Below, piece by piece: positions 29,316 through 39,720 of a stretch of 64,000 nucleotides of DNA (positions within the stretch are counted from its first letter, which is position 1; every line of letters starts with the position of its first letter). A program made the translations under genes and the position numbers. The stretch spans positions 1-64,000 of the IMG/VR virus record IMGVR_UViG_3300044673_000097, one strand, 5' to 3'. The notes under the pieces are model-generated. The model worked only from the letters and a program-made list of their open reading frames with translations. It did not search any database and had not been told where the DNA came from. The stretch comes from a virus.

Positions 29316-30139
29316 GCCCCGAACTCATTGACGGCCAAGGCGTCGGCTCGAATGCTCTGCGCAAGGTCTTCGGTACGTTGCCCAGCCGGCTGCGGAAGAG
29401 CCCACAGTTCCAGATTGGATGGCCTATTATCGGCGCGATTGCCATTCTTGTGGTGGACGTTTTCCGTTGGCAGAAGCGCTCTCCCCAGCGTCATCGACAT
29501 GATGAGCCTGTGCTCACCCATCTTGCCGTTGCTTGCCGATCCAGGGTGCCCAGGCACGTGCACCTGAACGTAGCCATCTCTCCCAATCGCTCCAGCGTTG
29601 AGGCTCAACGCCGGAGATTCCGCGCCAAACGCAAGTTGCTCTTCATAGTGTGGCTTGCAAATGCGGCCTACGAATGCAACGTGTTCGCACCCAACGATGG
29701 AGCATCTGCAACGGCGCGACTCCGATGAGAATCTGCGCCTATCGACCAGACCAACCGGTCCGACATCGCCCGTGGCGATGGTCCTGCCGTAGTGCATCAG
29801 GCAAAACCCCTTCGATCTGGCGATTCTGCTGCACCCTTCCACCGCGCACGTGCGCAATTCTCCAGCCGCGCGTTCCCGACTTGTCAGCCCATCGAAGTTC
29901 TCTGGCTTCCCCTGCATGTACCACCTGGAAAGGTGGAGTCTGCACATCCCGTCGCTTACCATCAGTCCGTTGCAGCCGTCGAACTTGCATACACGAGGCG
30001 CGTTCGGATCTCGGCGTGGTCTTGACGCTCGTCCAGCCTTCGGGTCGCCATACCGCGTCAGGCGATGCCAATGGGGATTACACACGCCCCTGGCGACTGC
30101 CTTTCGATCGCAGCCTTCGACGCTACAATTAGCTTTCAT
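29312..30139 (-). CDS. HNH homing endonuclease with N-terminal Cys/His repeats
   Basis: EHRLIM...[20 protein letters not shown]; four C.V.GC...G.C..H repeats. Confidence 0.88.
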   Translation of the reverse strand: MKANCSVEGCDRKAVARGVCNPHWHRLTRYGDPKAGRASRPRRDPNAPRVCKFDGCNGLMVSDGMCRLHLSRWYMQGKPENFDGLTSRERAAGELRTCAVEGCSRIARSKGFCLMHYGRTIATGDVGPVGLVDRRRFSSESRRCRCSIVGCEHVAFVGRICKPHYEEQLAFGAESPALSLNAGAIGRDGYVQVHVPGHPGSASNGKMGEHRLIMSMTLGRALLPTENVHHKNGNRADNRPSNLELWALPQPAGQRTEDLAQSIRADALAVNEFGA

Positions 30140-30453
30140 GATTGAACCAAATCCAGCGGGCAAGGGGGCAGAAGCTGGTAGGGGATCGACGGCACGGGGA
30201 TCGACAGCGAAATCGAAGGCAGCTTGATGCCGATCTTGAAGCTCAGGGAGAGCGACGGAATCGACAGCGAGAACGATGGAAGCTGAATCGTCGGAAGCGC
30301 GAGGCTGATGCTCGGCAGCTTGATCGCGATTCGGAAGCTGATGCCCAGCGACGGGATCTCAAGGCTGATGACGGCCAGCGTGATGGTCGGAAGCGACAGC
30401 GAGATCGACGGCAGGCGGATGCTGAACGGCAGCTTCCACTTGCACAGGCTCAT
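30136..30453 (-). CDS. small low-complexity LPSISL-repeat protein
   Basis: ATGA overlaps on both sides. Confidence 0.6.
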   Translation of the reverse strand: MSLCKWKLPFSIRLPSISLSLPTITLAVISLEIPSLGISFRIAIKLPSISLALPTIQLPSFSLSIPSLSLSFKIGIKLPSISLSIPVPSIPYQLLPPCPLDLVQS

Positions 30454-31979
30454 GTGAACGCCGCCGATGCGTAGACGGAATCAAGCCACGGCTGATGGCC
30501 AGCGAGTTGGTGATTCGAGTAGACCGAGCGCGCCCCGTCTTGAAGCGTGCACGGCCTGCCGATCACGGTGTTCGATGGCACTTCGACGCTCGCTGTGGAT
30601 CGCGCCGTCGACTTGAAGATCTGATTCTTCGTCGACCCTCCGTAGAATCCGCCGAACAGATACACCCAGCCATCGGGCGCCATCCATTGGACGGATCCAT
30701 ATTCCCCACTCGGGTGCGTCGTCGTCGAGACGACTTGCATGATCCAGGGCGTCGAGACGTTCGCCGCCCACATGGTCTGGATCGCATTGCCGCCGAACAG
30801 CCAAACTTTCCCGTCGGCGACGAACACGGATGCGCCGAACGTGGCTGTTAGTAGGCCGATTCCCGCCATGGCGTACACGGTCGCAGGGTCCGACACGTTT
30901 GCGATCCAGATCGACGATTGCGCCGCTCCATTCGTCCCGCCGTAGAACATGATCCAATTACCCACGACGGCGTAACCCGGCAAACCCAGGGCGACGGGGA
31001 TCGTTTTCGTCGTGTCGGACCACGAAAGCGGGTTGCTGACAGGGGCCGACCAAATGGTCGTGCGATAGGTGTTGGAATTGTCCGCGCCGCCGTAGATGTA
31101 TACGTAGGAACCGACGACGATCACCACGTGCGTGCGCCTTGCGGCGGGAATTGTCGCGCCCGTGTCGGTCCAGGACGACGGGTCGGAAACGGGGGCCCGT
31201 TGAATCTTGTTGTGGGTCACGCCCTGATCGTCAAGGCCCCCGAAAATGTATAGGTAGTCGCCTATCCGCACGACGGGCGACCATGCGTTCCCCCACGCCA
31301 GCCATTTGTTTGCCACCTGGGCCCAGCCCGACGTTGGCGTGCCGACGCTTGTGCGCCATATCGTAACCGTGCCGTTCGATCCCGCGCCGAGGCCGCCGAA
31401 GATCCACAGGTAGGTCCCGTCATTCCAAAACCCCGCGGCCCTGTTCGCCGTGGGGAGCGGATTCGACACGCCAGAATCGAGGAATTTGGTCAGGTCGTGG
31501 AAGTATTTCGTCTCGACCGTGACCCCGCCCACGTTCAGATTGTCGAGCGTGTCGAGCGCCTTCTGCACCGTGTCGTCGGCCGCGCTCAGGTTGCCGTTGA
31601 ACGATGCCGTCGAGGTTGACGTACCGCTCGCCGTCGGGGCGCCGGGGATCGCGATGTTGTCGATCGTGTCCAGGGCCTTCTGGACGGTATCGTCTGCGGC
31701 CGAAAGGTTGCCCGCGAATCCCGTCGTGGTGACGCTGATGTCCGACGCTGAACTGCCACCGGGAGCTGTGCCCGTGCCACCAACCCGACGCCAATGCGGA
31801 CCGCGTGTGCCGATGGTGCCACCAGGGACGATGATCGTCGTGCCGTCGTCTACCGCGCTCGAATCGCTCCAGACGAACGTCCCGCCGCCGCCATCGGCCG
31901 ATGCCGTGTCGCCGTCTGCGACGATGACGGTGCCGGCGAATGAAATCCGGCTCGTCCGCAGGTCTGCGATCGTGGTCAT
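30450..31979 (-). CDS. fibre-like protein with C-terminal Kelch-type beta-propeller
   Basis: Six (I/F/L)(F/Y)GG repeats; duplicated F.GNLSAADDTVQKALDT. Confidence 0.75.
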   Translation of the reverse strand: MTTIADLRTSRISFAGTVIVADGDTASADGGGGTFVWSDSSAVDDGTTIIVPGGTIGTRGPHWRRVGGTGTAPGGSSASDISVTTTGFAGNLSAADDTVQKALDTIDNIAIPGAPTASGTSTSTASFNGNLSAADDTVQKALDTLDNLNVGGVTVETKYFHDLTKFLDSGVSNPLPTANRAAGFWNDGTYLWIFGGLGAGSNGTVTIWRTSVGTPTSGWAQVANKWLAWGNAWSPVVRIGDYLYIFGGLDDQGVTHNKIQRAPVSDPSSWTDTGATIPAARRTHVVIVVGSYVYIYGGADNSNTYRTTIWSAPVSNPLSWSDTTKTIPVALGLPGYAVVGNWIMFYGGTNGAAQSSIWIANVSDPATVYAMAGIGLLTATFGASVFVADGKVWLFGGNAIQTMWAANVSTPWIMQVVSTTTHPSGEYGSVQWMAPDGWVYLFGGFYGGSTKNQIFKSTARSTASVEVPSNTVIGRPCTLQDGARSVYSNHQLAGHQPWLDSVYASAAFT

Positions 31980-31988
31980 GACGTTGGG

Positions 31989-32636
31989 TCAGACGAACAG
32001 GTTGGGAGCTGCGAGACACGCCACGCCGACCATGGGCTTCGAAGCGGCCATGTGCAGCTTGTGCACGCCCACCTCGTCGACCATCTGTGCGGCGATGTTC
32101 TGGATCTTCGTGGTGCTCGAATTCGTCACCGGCTTGTCGCCGGCGTTGTGCGTGATGCCGTTCTTCGCGCTCCACTCGACGGCCGGGCCGCTTGGGATGA
32201 CGAACTTGAGGCTTCCGCCATCCTTGCCCGACAGCACGAGCACCATGTCTTGGCCGTTGTCGGTCGGCACGCGGAAGACGATCGATCCGTCGGCGCCGAG
32301 CTTGATCATGTTGCCGGGGAGCGCGAACAATGCCACGTCACCCTCTGCCAGTTGCCCGAACACGCGAGCCGCCACCATGACGCGGGAGGCAATCGCAAAG
32401 GTGTTCTCTCCCCAGCGCAGGAGCACCGCCTGAGCACCCTTGGGCAGACGCGAGACGAAGCCGTACTGCTGCCAGCAATCGACGGGTTCCGATTCATCGG
32501 TGGGCGATTGGTCGGCCCACTGATCGTCAGGGTGCTTGTCGGGCGTTGAGAAGAACGCGCTGATGACGTTCTTCGCGTCGCCAAGCAGCTCCGTGCGCTT
32601 GACCGTTGCGATGTCGATGAGGGCTTCGAGTCTCAT
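31989..32636 (-). CDS. baseplate spike (Mu gp45-like)
   Basis: WQQYGFVSRLPKGAQAV, LAEGDVALF. Confidence 0.85.
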   Translation of the reverse strand: MRLEALIDIATVKRTELLGDAKNVISAFFSTPDKHPDDQWADQSPTDESEPVDCWQQYGFVSRLPKGAQAVLLRWGENTFAIASRVMVAARVFGQLAEGDVALFALPGNMIKLGADGSIVFRVPTDNGQDMVLVLSGKDGGSLKFVIPSGPAVEWSAKNGITHNAGDKPVTNSSTTKIQNIAAQMVDEVGVHKLHMAASKPMVGVACLAAPNLFV

Positions 32637-33754
32637 GCTGCGTGGTCGGCATCGGAGAACCGTACCGATCCTTTCGGGACCAACTTGAGGTCCGTTGTCG
32701 TCCCGCCGCTCGCACTGCGCTTGAACGTGCGCTCGCGGACCCACATGTCCTCGTGCACGTCGAGGATGTCGTCGTCCACGTGGACGATGGTGTCGACGGC
32801 GTACACGGCGCCCGTGTCTTCGTCGGTGTGCCCGCGCAGGGTGCACTCATAGACGCGGGCGTCCTTGAGCGCTTCGGACATCTCCTGCTCGGCGAAGTCC
32901 TGGCACTCAGCGTCCGTCGTCGCCTGCTCATGCAGCACGTAGCGGGGCACGTAGAACGGCGAGCGCGTGGGGTCGTTGACGAAGCCTTCGCACGTGGCCT
33001 TGTCGAATACCTTGGAGCCGCCCTTGCCGCGCACCATGACGCACGTGGGCGCCTGCAATGCGCTCTCGACCAGCGAGGCGTGCAGCACCTTGACGCGCTG
33101 CAACCCTTCACGGTGCACAATCGAGGCGCACGGGCCTTGGTCGTAGTCGGGCGACGAGACGATGATGTTGCCCTCGGCGTCGCTCCACATCCACAAGCCG
33201 AAGCGCCGCAGGTTGCGCGCGAGGAACTCGAATGCTCCCTCGTTCGGCTTGGCCTTGCAGTAGTCGAGCTCGGTCTGCGTCTTGCGGGCCTTCTTGCCCT
33301 TCTTGAATCCCTTGACGCCCGTGAGGATCTCGCGGTTCGAGTCGTTGTCCGTGATGATCTTTCGACCCATCGACGGATACAGCGAGAAGATGGTGGACTC
33401 GACGACCTCGTAGATCTTCTTGCCCTTGAGCCTGAAGTCGGGGTGGATGTTCGCGTCGCACAGAATCTTGAGCACGTCGCGACCCTGCACCTGGACCGTC
33501 AATCCTTCGGTGCCGCCAGCCGATACCTGCACGGTGTCGATGAAGCCAGTGAGCTGCAAGCAACCGTCGACAGCGATCTCGATCTTCTTGTCCTTGCGGA
33601 CCTGGCTCTTGACCTTCTTCCACTCTGCCTGCGTCGTGAACGACAGCGACCACCCATCGGTGGGCGTGAGGAACTCGCTGTTGATGGTGTAGTCGCGCCA
33701 CCTCGACAGGACGGTGCCGTCCTCGAGCGTGAGGGTGACGAGCGAATCCTCCAT
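32633..33754 (-). CDS. baseplate hub (Mu gp44/P-like)
   Basis: W.DY.I.S.F.TPTDGWS, LTGFID, VQGRD...L.D, GAFEFL.R. Confidence 0.85.
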   Translation of the reverse strand: MEDSLVTLTLEDGTVLSRWRDYTINSEFLTPTDGWSLSFTTQAEWKKVKSQVRKDKKIEIAVDGCLQLTGFIDTVQVSAGGTEGLTVQVQGRDVLKILCDANIHPDFRLKGKKIYEVVESTIFSLYPSMGRKIITDNDSNREILTGVKGFKKGKKARKTQTELDYCKAKPNEGAFEFLARNLRRFGLWMWSDAEGNIIVSSPDYDQGPCASIVHREGLQRVKVLHASLVESALQAPTCVMVRGKGGSKVFDKATCEGFVNDPTRSPFYVPRYVLHEQATTDAECQDFAEQEMSEALKDARVYECTLRGHTDEDTGAVYAVDTIVHVDDDILDVHEDMWVRERTFKRSASGGTTTDLKLVPKGSVRFSDADHAA

Positions 33755-33766
33755 CGTTGATGTTTC

Positions 33767-34675
33767 TCAGGCGTCGGAATAGACGAAGATGTCGGTGCCG
33801 GGAGGGATTGGATCGCGAGCGGCCATCGCGGGATTGAGCTTGAAGAAGTCCTCGGGAGTCTGGCCGTACCGAGCGGCGACGAGCATGGCCCCGCCCTCGG
33901 CTGTGGTCGTGCGGATCTCGATCTTCTTTCGCCCGATCTGTGCGCCGAGCGATTCGGCAGCCTGCGTGAGCGCGGACACGATCTCGTTGAGCGTGTCGAC
34001 GACGGCCCACGACTTCGGGTCTGCCACCTCGGACACCTGATCGATCATGCCATTGACGCCCACGATAACGTTGTCGACCTGCGCCGCGAGGTCGGCCATG
34101 GTGAGTTGCAGTAGCAGCATGGCGCCCTGAATCTTCTTGAGCGCGCCGAGCAGGTCCGTCCCGCTGCCGTCGTTGTACTCGGGAACTGGCGAGATGGTGC
34201 CCTTGATCTGGTCGAACTTCTCGCCCATCGAGACGGCGTGCGTGATGGGAGACGACGCGGCAAGCTCGATCGAGATGCCCTTCTCGATCGTCTCGGACCA
34301 CGTCACGTCGAGGTCGCAGCCGTCACGCCACGTCGGGTCGTAGTGGACATTGGCCGACTCGACCTTGCAGTCGATCAGCCCGAACTCCGGGTGAATCAGC
34401 GGGCCCGTGGTGCGGTCGGTGCAGGCGTTCCAGAAGTCGCGGAAGACGTACGGGTAGAGAATCTCGCTCCACGCCAGCCCGTTGCGGAACATGACGCGGA
34501 ATTGGAACTTGACCGACTTGCGGCACGTGTTCTCGATCTCGCCACCGGACACGCCGTATTGATTGTGCTCGACGGTGCTGTGTTGCAATGCCGCCGAATT
34601 GGCAAGGCACGGGACCTTGATGCCGCGCCACGTGAGCGGAAGCAGGCGTTCGAGGATGTCGAGGGTGACGGGCAT
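33767..34675 (-). CDS. DNA circulation protein N-terminal domain / tail protein (Mu N-like)
   Basis: TWRGI, VEHNQYG...IEN, GPLIHPEFG; LysM-like C-terminus. Confidence 0.8.
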   Translation of the reverse strand: MPVTLDILERLLPLTWRGIKVPCLANSAALQHSTVEHNQYGVSGGEIENTCRKSVKFQFRVMFRNGLAWSEILYPYVFRDFWNACTDRTTGPLIHPEFGLIDCKVESANVHYDPTWRDGCDLDVTWSETIEKGISIELAASSPITHAVSMGEKFDQIKGTISPVPEYNDGSGTDLLGALKKIQGAMLLLQLTMADLAAQVDNVIVGVNGMIDQVSEVADPKSWAVVDTLNEIVSALTQAAESLGAQIGRKKIEIRTTTAEGGAMLVAARYGQTPEDFFKLNPAMAARDPIPPGTDIFVYSDA

Positions 34676-34678
34676 GGA

Positions 34679-36952
34679 TCACATTCCTGGAGGCTTGCCG
34701 GAACGCGACGGGTCGTTGGGGTTGGAGACGTTTCCGCCCTTGACCTTCTCGAGCTCCGCGCTGGCATTCTTCGCTTGTGCCGCCAACGTCTCCATGGCCT
34801 TGATGGTCTCGTTCAGCCGCTCGCTCGAGCCGGCGGAACCTTCCTCGCGAGAACCCTGCTTGAACTTGTTGTAGGCGTACTCGGCGCCCATCGCCGCGCC
34901 GGGAACGATGTTGACGCCGGGGATTGCGAGCAGGGGCGCCAGAAACTTCGTGTACTTGTTGGTGCTCTTGTCGTCGGCGGCTGCCTTTTCGGCCCGAAGC
35001 TGCGGAAGCAATGCGGCGGCGGCCGCAGCCTTCTCCGGCGTCGCAGGCCCCTGCATCAGGTTCTCGGCCTTCGTCACGTCAGCGTACTGCTTCCTGCCCT
35101 CGTCCTTCGCTGACTTGTCGACGGCATCGATCACCTGCGTGCCGGTGAGGTACACCGCAGTTGCCGTGATTGCGATCGTGGACAGCGCGGCGAGATTTCC
35201 GCCCGCCTGAATGCTCTTTCCAGCAAGGATGTTCTGGAGACCGATCTCCATCACCTTGCCGATTCCGGCACCCGCGAGTTCCTTCGTCAGGTGAGCGGCG
35301 AATACACCTCCGAGCGCGGCGAACGGATTCTTGCTGGCCCACACCGCAAGCTGTGCGAGCGATTGCGTGAGCTGCACCACCTTCGGAATGAGCGCGGTGA
35401 ATGCCGGAAGCGCCTCGCCCATCTTCGCCTTGAACTGCTCGAAGTTGACGCGAATCTGCGCGGCATCCCCGCCAAGGACCGTCTTCAATCCAGCGTCGCG
35501 CTCACCGTCGGCCAACTTCGCGCCACTCGCCGCGTTGATTCGGTCGAGCACGCCTTGCTTGCCGCCCTTGTTGTAGTCGGCCATCAGCGACGCGACGACT
35601 TGCTGGCTCGTTCCGGTGAACACCTTGTTGAGCGCCTCGGCGCCCTTCAGATGCCCAGCGCCCTTCACGTCGAGGCCCTTCGTCATCGCGATGTCCATCG
35701 TCTGCGCGAGGACTTCGGCCGGGTCGTTGACGAGGTTGTTCTTGCCGTAGACGTTGACGCCCGCCTTCTTCAGGGCGCCCGCGTGCGTGTTGATGTCCCG
35801 AATCAGGTCGATCGTCGCTGTGCGGGATTGCTCCGGGCTCACGGCTGCATCGGCCGCGACTTGCGCGATCCCGACCTGCCGTCGAAGCATCTGCCCCTTG
35901 CTCAGCTCCGTCATCTTGCCGGCGCCACCAAGCCGGGCGAGCTCTGTGGCGAGGTCGGAGATTTCGATCGCGCCGTCCTTGCCCATGGCGGCGATGTCCT
36001 GGATGAGTTGCCTCATCTCCTCGCCGGGCTGGACGCCCGCTTTGAGCGCGGCCGCAACGACGCCGCCCATGTCTTCCATCGAGACGCCGAACGCTACGGC
36101 CGTCTTGGTGATGTCGTCGAGGTCCTTGCGGAATGCCGTCAGACCTTCGGCGCCACCTGCCCGGGCAGCGACGGTGCTCATGGCCTTCATCACGTCGGGA
36201 GCGGCCACGCCGTACTTGCCGGCGATGTTCTGCGACTCGCCTACGAGCCCGCCGACGCTCTGGGTCGCGTTGCCTCCCTTGTCCCGAGTCGAGTTGACCA
36301 GCAAGGCCCCCTGCTCGCGCAGAGACACGTTTTCCCACAGGGCTTGGCCGATTGCCATGCCGCCGCCTGTCAGGCCCGCAGCGCCCGCAATCCCGGTCAC
36401 GTCGCCCCACGCAGCTCGACCAGCACGACCTACCGGCTGCATCATGCCCCGAGCGGTTCGCTTGTGCTCCGCCTGAACCTGCTTGGCAATCCTCGCCGAC
36501 TCCCGCGCGGCTTGCGCATCGGCCCGAATCTTCGCACGAGCGACGCGGAAGATCTCTTTCTCCTCGTCGTCCGCAGCCTTCTTCGCAGCCTTGGCAATCG
36601 CTTCCCCGGCCTTCGTCGCAGCCTTGGCACGCGCATCGAAGTCCTTGAGGGCTGCCTGATTGGCCTTCTTGCTCGCCGCAATCTGCGCGTCGGCCGCCTT
36701 CTTCGCGTCGCGTTCCTGAGCCTTCGCCAATGCCGCGGTCGCACGTTCGGCGGCTCGAGCGGCTTGCTCCTGAGCCTTGGCGATATCCTTGGACGCCTTC
36801 TGCTCGGCCGACACCCGGCGAGCCGTGCCGCGCACGGTGTCGTTGGCGACCTGCTGGTTCATCTTCGCCGCACGTGCCGCGATCGAATCGAAGGCGGCAG
36901 AGACCTCGCGGTCACCTTGCACGCTGAATTGGATGCGGATGGGCGCGGGCAT
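34679..36952 (-). CDS. tape measure protein
   Basis: 757 aa, Ala-rich and helical; follows the tail chaperone. Confidence 0.85.
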   Translation of the reverse strand: MPAPIRIQFSVQGDREVSAAFDSIAARAAKMNQQVANDTVRGTARRVSAEQKASKDIAKAQEQAARAAERATAALAKAQERDAKKAADAQIAASKKANQAALKDFDARAKAATKAGEAIAKAAKKAADDEEKEIFRVARAKIRADAQAARESARIAKQVQAEHKRTARGMMQPVGRAGRAAWGDVTGIAGAAGLTGGGMAIGQALWENVSLREQGALLVNSTRDKGGNATQSVGGLVGESQNIAGKYGVAAPDVMKAMSTVAARAGGAEGLTAFRKDLDDITKTAVAFGVSMEDMGGVVAAALKAGVQPGEEMRQLIQDIAAMGKDGAIEISDLATELARLGGAGKMTELSKGQMLRRQVGIAQVAADAAVSPEQSRTATIDLIRDINTHAGALKKAGVNVYGKNNLVNDPAEVLAQTMDIAMTKGLDVKGAGHLKGAEALNKVFTGTSQQVVASLMADYNKGGKQGVLDRINAASGAKLADGERDAGLKTVLGGDAAQIRVNFEQFKAKMGEALPAFTALIPKVVQLTQSLAQLAVWASKNPFAALGGVFAAHLTKELAGAGIGKVMEIGLQNILAGKSIQAGGNLAALSTIAITATAVYLTGTQVIDAVDKSAKDEGRKQYADVTKAENLMQGPATPEKAAAAAALLPQLRAEKAAADDKSTNKYTKFLAPLLAIPGVNIVPGAAMGAEYAYNKFKQGSREEGSAGSSERLNETIKAMETLAAQAKNASAELEKVKGGNVSNPNDPSRSGKPPGM

Positions 36953-36955
36953 TGA

Positions 36956-37663
36956 TTACGCCTCAGAGTGAGCTTCCGGGCTGCTCTCCGGTCTGTCGCT
37001 CGTAGTATCGTCGGAGGGCAATCCAGACGAGCCAATGGCGGTCTTCGAGGCTCCAAGCCGGTACGCCATAGAAGTCGCCAATTGAACGAGCTGACCCTGC
37101 CCCAATCCAACGAAAGGGTAGTAGCCGGCCCCCGCGGTCAGCTTCTCAATCCAGGAATCCACTTCCTCTTCGGTGAGCAGGCGCCACATGGGGCCGAGCC
37201 GGAATTGCACCGACTGGTAGGCGTCGAACAGCCCGGCCAGTTCATCGGTCGTGAGCAGCCGGCGGAGTTGCGAGGGGGCGTCCCAGATGTGCTTGGAAGC
37301 GTCGTCGCTCTGACGCATCGAAGCGAACAGCACCTCGACGATCAAGGCGTCCTTGAAGATCATCTCCCACGTCTCGGCGCGCACGCGATTGGCCTGCTCG
37401 TCGGAGATCTGGAGCTGCTCGCCCAGCTTGCCGCGCGTGTACTGGTCCGCATTGGCCCGCGCGATGTCGAGCTCGTCGACGGTGAGCACGAGCATCCGAT
37501 ACGAGAACAGCGGATTGCCGTCGTCGTCGCGGCGCACGAACGGCAGCACCTCGGAGGGTCTCCGGGTATCGCCGAGCCTGCGGACCAGGTCGTTGGGCGC
37601 GATATCCTTGGGTGGGCCCTTCTGAGACCCGCGCGCAAGGGTAGCTTCGATGTCCAATGTCAC
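36956..37663 (-). CDS. tail assembly chaperone
   Basis: Between tube and tape measure genes. Confidence 0.65.
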   Translation of the reverse strand: MTLDIEATLARGSQKGPPKDIAPNDLVRRLGDTRRPSEVLPFVRRDDDGNPLFSYRMLVLTVDELDIARANADQYTRGKLGEQLQISDEQANRVRAETWEMIFKDALIVEVLFASMRQSDDASKHIWDAPSQLRRLLTTDELAGLFDAYQSVQFRLGPMWRLLTEEEVDSWIEKLTAGAGYYPFVGLGQGQLVQLATSMAYRLGASKTAIGSSGLPSDDTTSDRPESSPEAHSEA

Positions 37664-37683
37664 CTCCTATTGTCCCCGGCGAA

Positions 37684-38058
37684 TCAGGCGATCGTGTCGG
37701 GCTCGTTGCCCTGGAACGTGAAGTCCAGTTGCGCGGGCGTGCCCGTACCGTGCTTCTCGGCCACATCCATGATGAAGCCCTTGCTCGTCAGCTTCTTGCC
37801 CGAGCGGTGCAGGATCACCTCGACCTCGGTCAGGTTCTTGGCGAGCGCGTAGAAGTCGACCTCGATTCCAGCGCGCGGCATGGCGTTCTGGACCTTGATC
37901 GAGAACGTGGGCGCACCGGGCGAGACGCCTGCAAACTTCTTCGCCTGCGTCTGGATGATGTGCGCGCCGTTGGCGTAGGACGTGTCTTCGCTCTGCGCCT
38001 CGGCGAGCAGTTGCCCATCGAGGAACAGGAACGCGGCGGTGTACTTGGTAGCGGCCAT
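37684..38058 (-). CDS. tail tube protein
   Basis: 124 aa after the sheath; ends LDFTFQG. Confidence 0.7.
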   Translation of the reverse strand: MAATKYTAAFLFLDGQLLAEAQSEDTSYANGAHIIQTQAKKFAGVSPGAPTFSIKVQNAMPRAGIEVDFYALAKNLTEVEVILHRSGKKLTSKGFIMDVAEKHGTGTPAQLDFTFQGNEPDTIA

Positions 38059-38177
38059 GGTCGAACTCTCCGAGTCGGCCAGCCGGCAATGGGCATTGAC
38101 CCACTACCGGCGAGGCCGCGAGTGATTGGCGATCGGAAACTGTGAGGCGGGATTGAGGCGAACCGGCGGGCCTGGAA

Positions 38178-39716
38178 TCAGGCGGCCGAATTCTCGGTCA
38201 CGAGCGCGGCGAACACGTGCGCGCACGGGGTGACGTGCAGCGGGCACGCGGCGTTGATCCGCGTCTTGTTCACCGGGTCGATTCCGGTGCGGCAGGCAAC
38301 GATGTCGCCCGTGGTCTTGTTGCGCGTCTTGTCCGATTCCAGCCAGCCGTGATCGCTGTCGGAATAGAGCAAGTACAGCGGCGCAATCGTCAGACCCTTG
38401 AGCCTCGAAGGCGTTAGGGAATTGGGCGGGGGCACGTCGTTGTCGTTGACCGGGTCGTCTTGCAGCGACGCGTTCGCCCACTGCGAGCCGTAGCGCACGG
38501 CGAGGTCATCGGCGAACTTGTCGGCCACGCTGACCTTGTTCGTGTCGCGCACGCGGATGTCGGTCGAGCAGGTGCACGACTGCACCATGTACGTCTTGCC
38601 CGTCGCCGTCGTCGCAATCGGCGTCACGCCTCCCGCAATCGCCGTGGCGATCTCGGTCGAGGTTGGGTAGGACGCTTGGCTGTACTGCTTCGGCACGTTC
38701 CAGATGTCGTTGACGCCCTTGCCGTAGGAGTCGTAATTGCGCCACGGAGAGCCGCCCTTTTCGTAGTTGTACCGAACGGCGGCCTGATGCGCGGCGAGCT
38801 CGTGGGGCTCCCATTCGCTGGTCTTCTGCCACGCGAGCTGGAACCGCGGGTTGTTGCCCGGGCCGTTGCTCGCCTCTGCCGCGAGCGAGACGGCGTTGGC
38901 CGCCGAACCCGTGTGGCCGAAGATGACCTGCTGACGAATCCCGACAGAGGGAAGCGCCTGCCCGACCACCTGCGTCTTGAGCGCGCCGATGCGCACGTTG
39001 CTGGCGCCCGTGGGATTGACCACCGGCACGATGAAGTCGTACTTGTCCGCGAGGATGGTGGCGAGCGCCGTGGTCCACACCTCGTCGGTCACGCCACCCG
39101 TGAGGGTCGCGGTGGCGCACGTCGCCGTGGTCGCCGGGGCGGTCATCGTCGAGATGCTGACCCGATGCCTGATGAGGTTGCCGTCGGTGCCCTTGTGCTT
39201 GGCCGTTACGGTCACGACGCCGAGCGCTGGCGATGCGGTGACGGGCCAATGGGTCTGAAGGTTGATCGCTGCCGCAAGGGCCGTGGCGAGGTCGGCAATC
39301 GCCGTCCCGCTCGCGAACGCGACGGTGATCGTCTCGCCGGCCAGCGTGTAGCTCACGGCGCCCGAGGCGGTCGTGTTGTTCACGAAGGTGACGGTATCGC
39401 TCGCTGCCGTCCCATTGGATTCGGTCGCGGCGATGGCGAAGACCTGCGCGCCCTTGCACACGTCGGCGAACCGGCGGATCGAACGGTGCAGATTCGAGCC
39501 CGCGCCGAACAGCGAGATCGCGTCATCGACGGTGCCGATCGGGTAGACCTGCGAATCGACCGTCGCCGAACCAGCCGATGTCTTCATGCCGATGAACAGC
39601 ACGCGCGGCACGTTCGGATCGCCGAGCATCTCGCCCTTGGCGAACTGGACCTCGATGTAGGTCCCGGGAGTGGGATAGAGCGGCAAGCCGGTCAATGCCT
39701 GCTGAAGTGTCGACAT
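38178..39716 (-). CDS. tail sheath protein (Mu L-like)
   Basis: PGTYIEV, LFGAGS, VTVTAKHKG..GN and GGVTPI. Confidence 0.92.
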   Translation of the reverse strand: MSTLQQALTGLPLYPTPGTYIEVQFAKGEMLGDPNVPRVLFIGMKTSAGSATVDSQVYPIGTVDDAISLFGAGSNLHRSIRRFADVCKGAQVFAIAATESNGTAASDTVTFVNNTTASGAVSYTLAGETITVAFASGTAIADLATALAAAINLQTHWPVTASPALGVVTVTAKHKGTDGNLIRHRVSISTMTAPATTATCATATLTGGVTDEVWTTALATILADKYDFIVPVVNPTGASNVRIGALKTQVVGQALPSVGIRQQVIFGHTGSAANAVSLAAEASNGPGNNPRFQLAWQKTSEWEPHELAAHQAAVRYNYEKGGSPWRNYDSYGKGVNDIWNVPKQYSQASYPTSTEIATAIAGGVTPIATTATGKTYMVQSCTCSTDIRVRDTNKVSVADKFADDLAVRYGSQWANASLQDDPVNDNDVPPPNSLTPSRLKGLTIAPLYLLYSDSDHGWLESDKTRNKTTGDIVACRTGIDPVNKTRINAACPLHVTPCAHVFAALVTENSAA

Positions 39717-39720
39717 GGCT

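Noticed and set aside
36956-37663. Programmed frameshift in the tail chaperone
   Set aside because: A single ORF runs up to the tape measure gene; no obvious slippery site or second frame.
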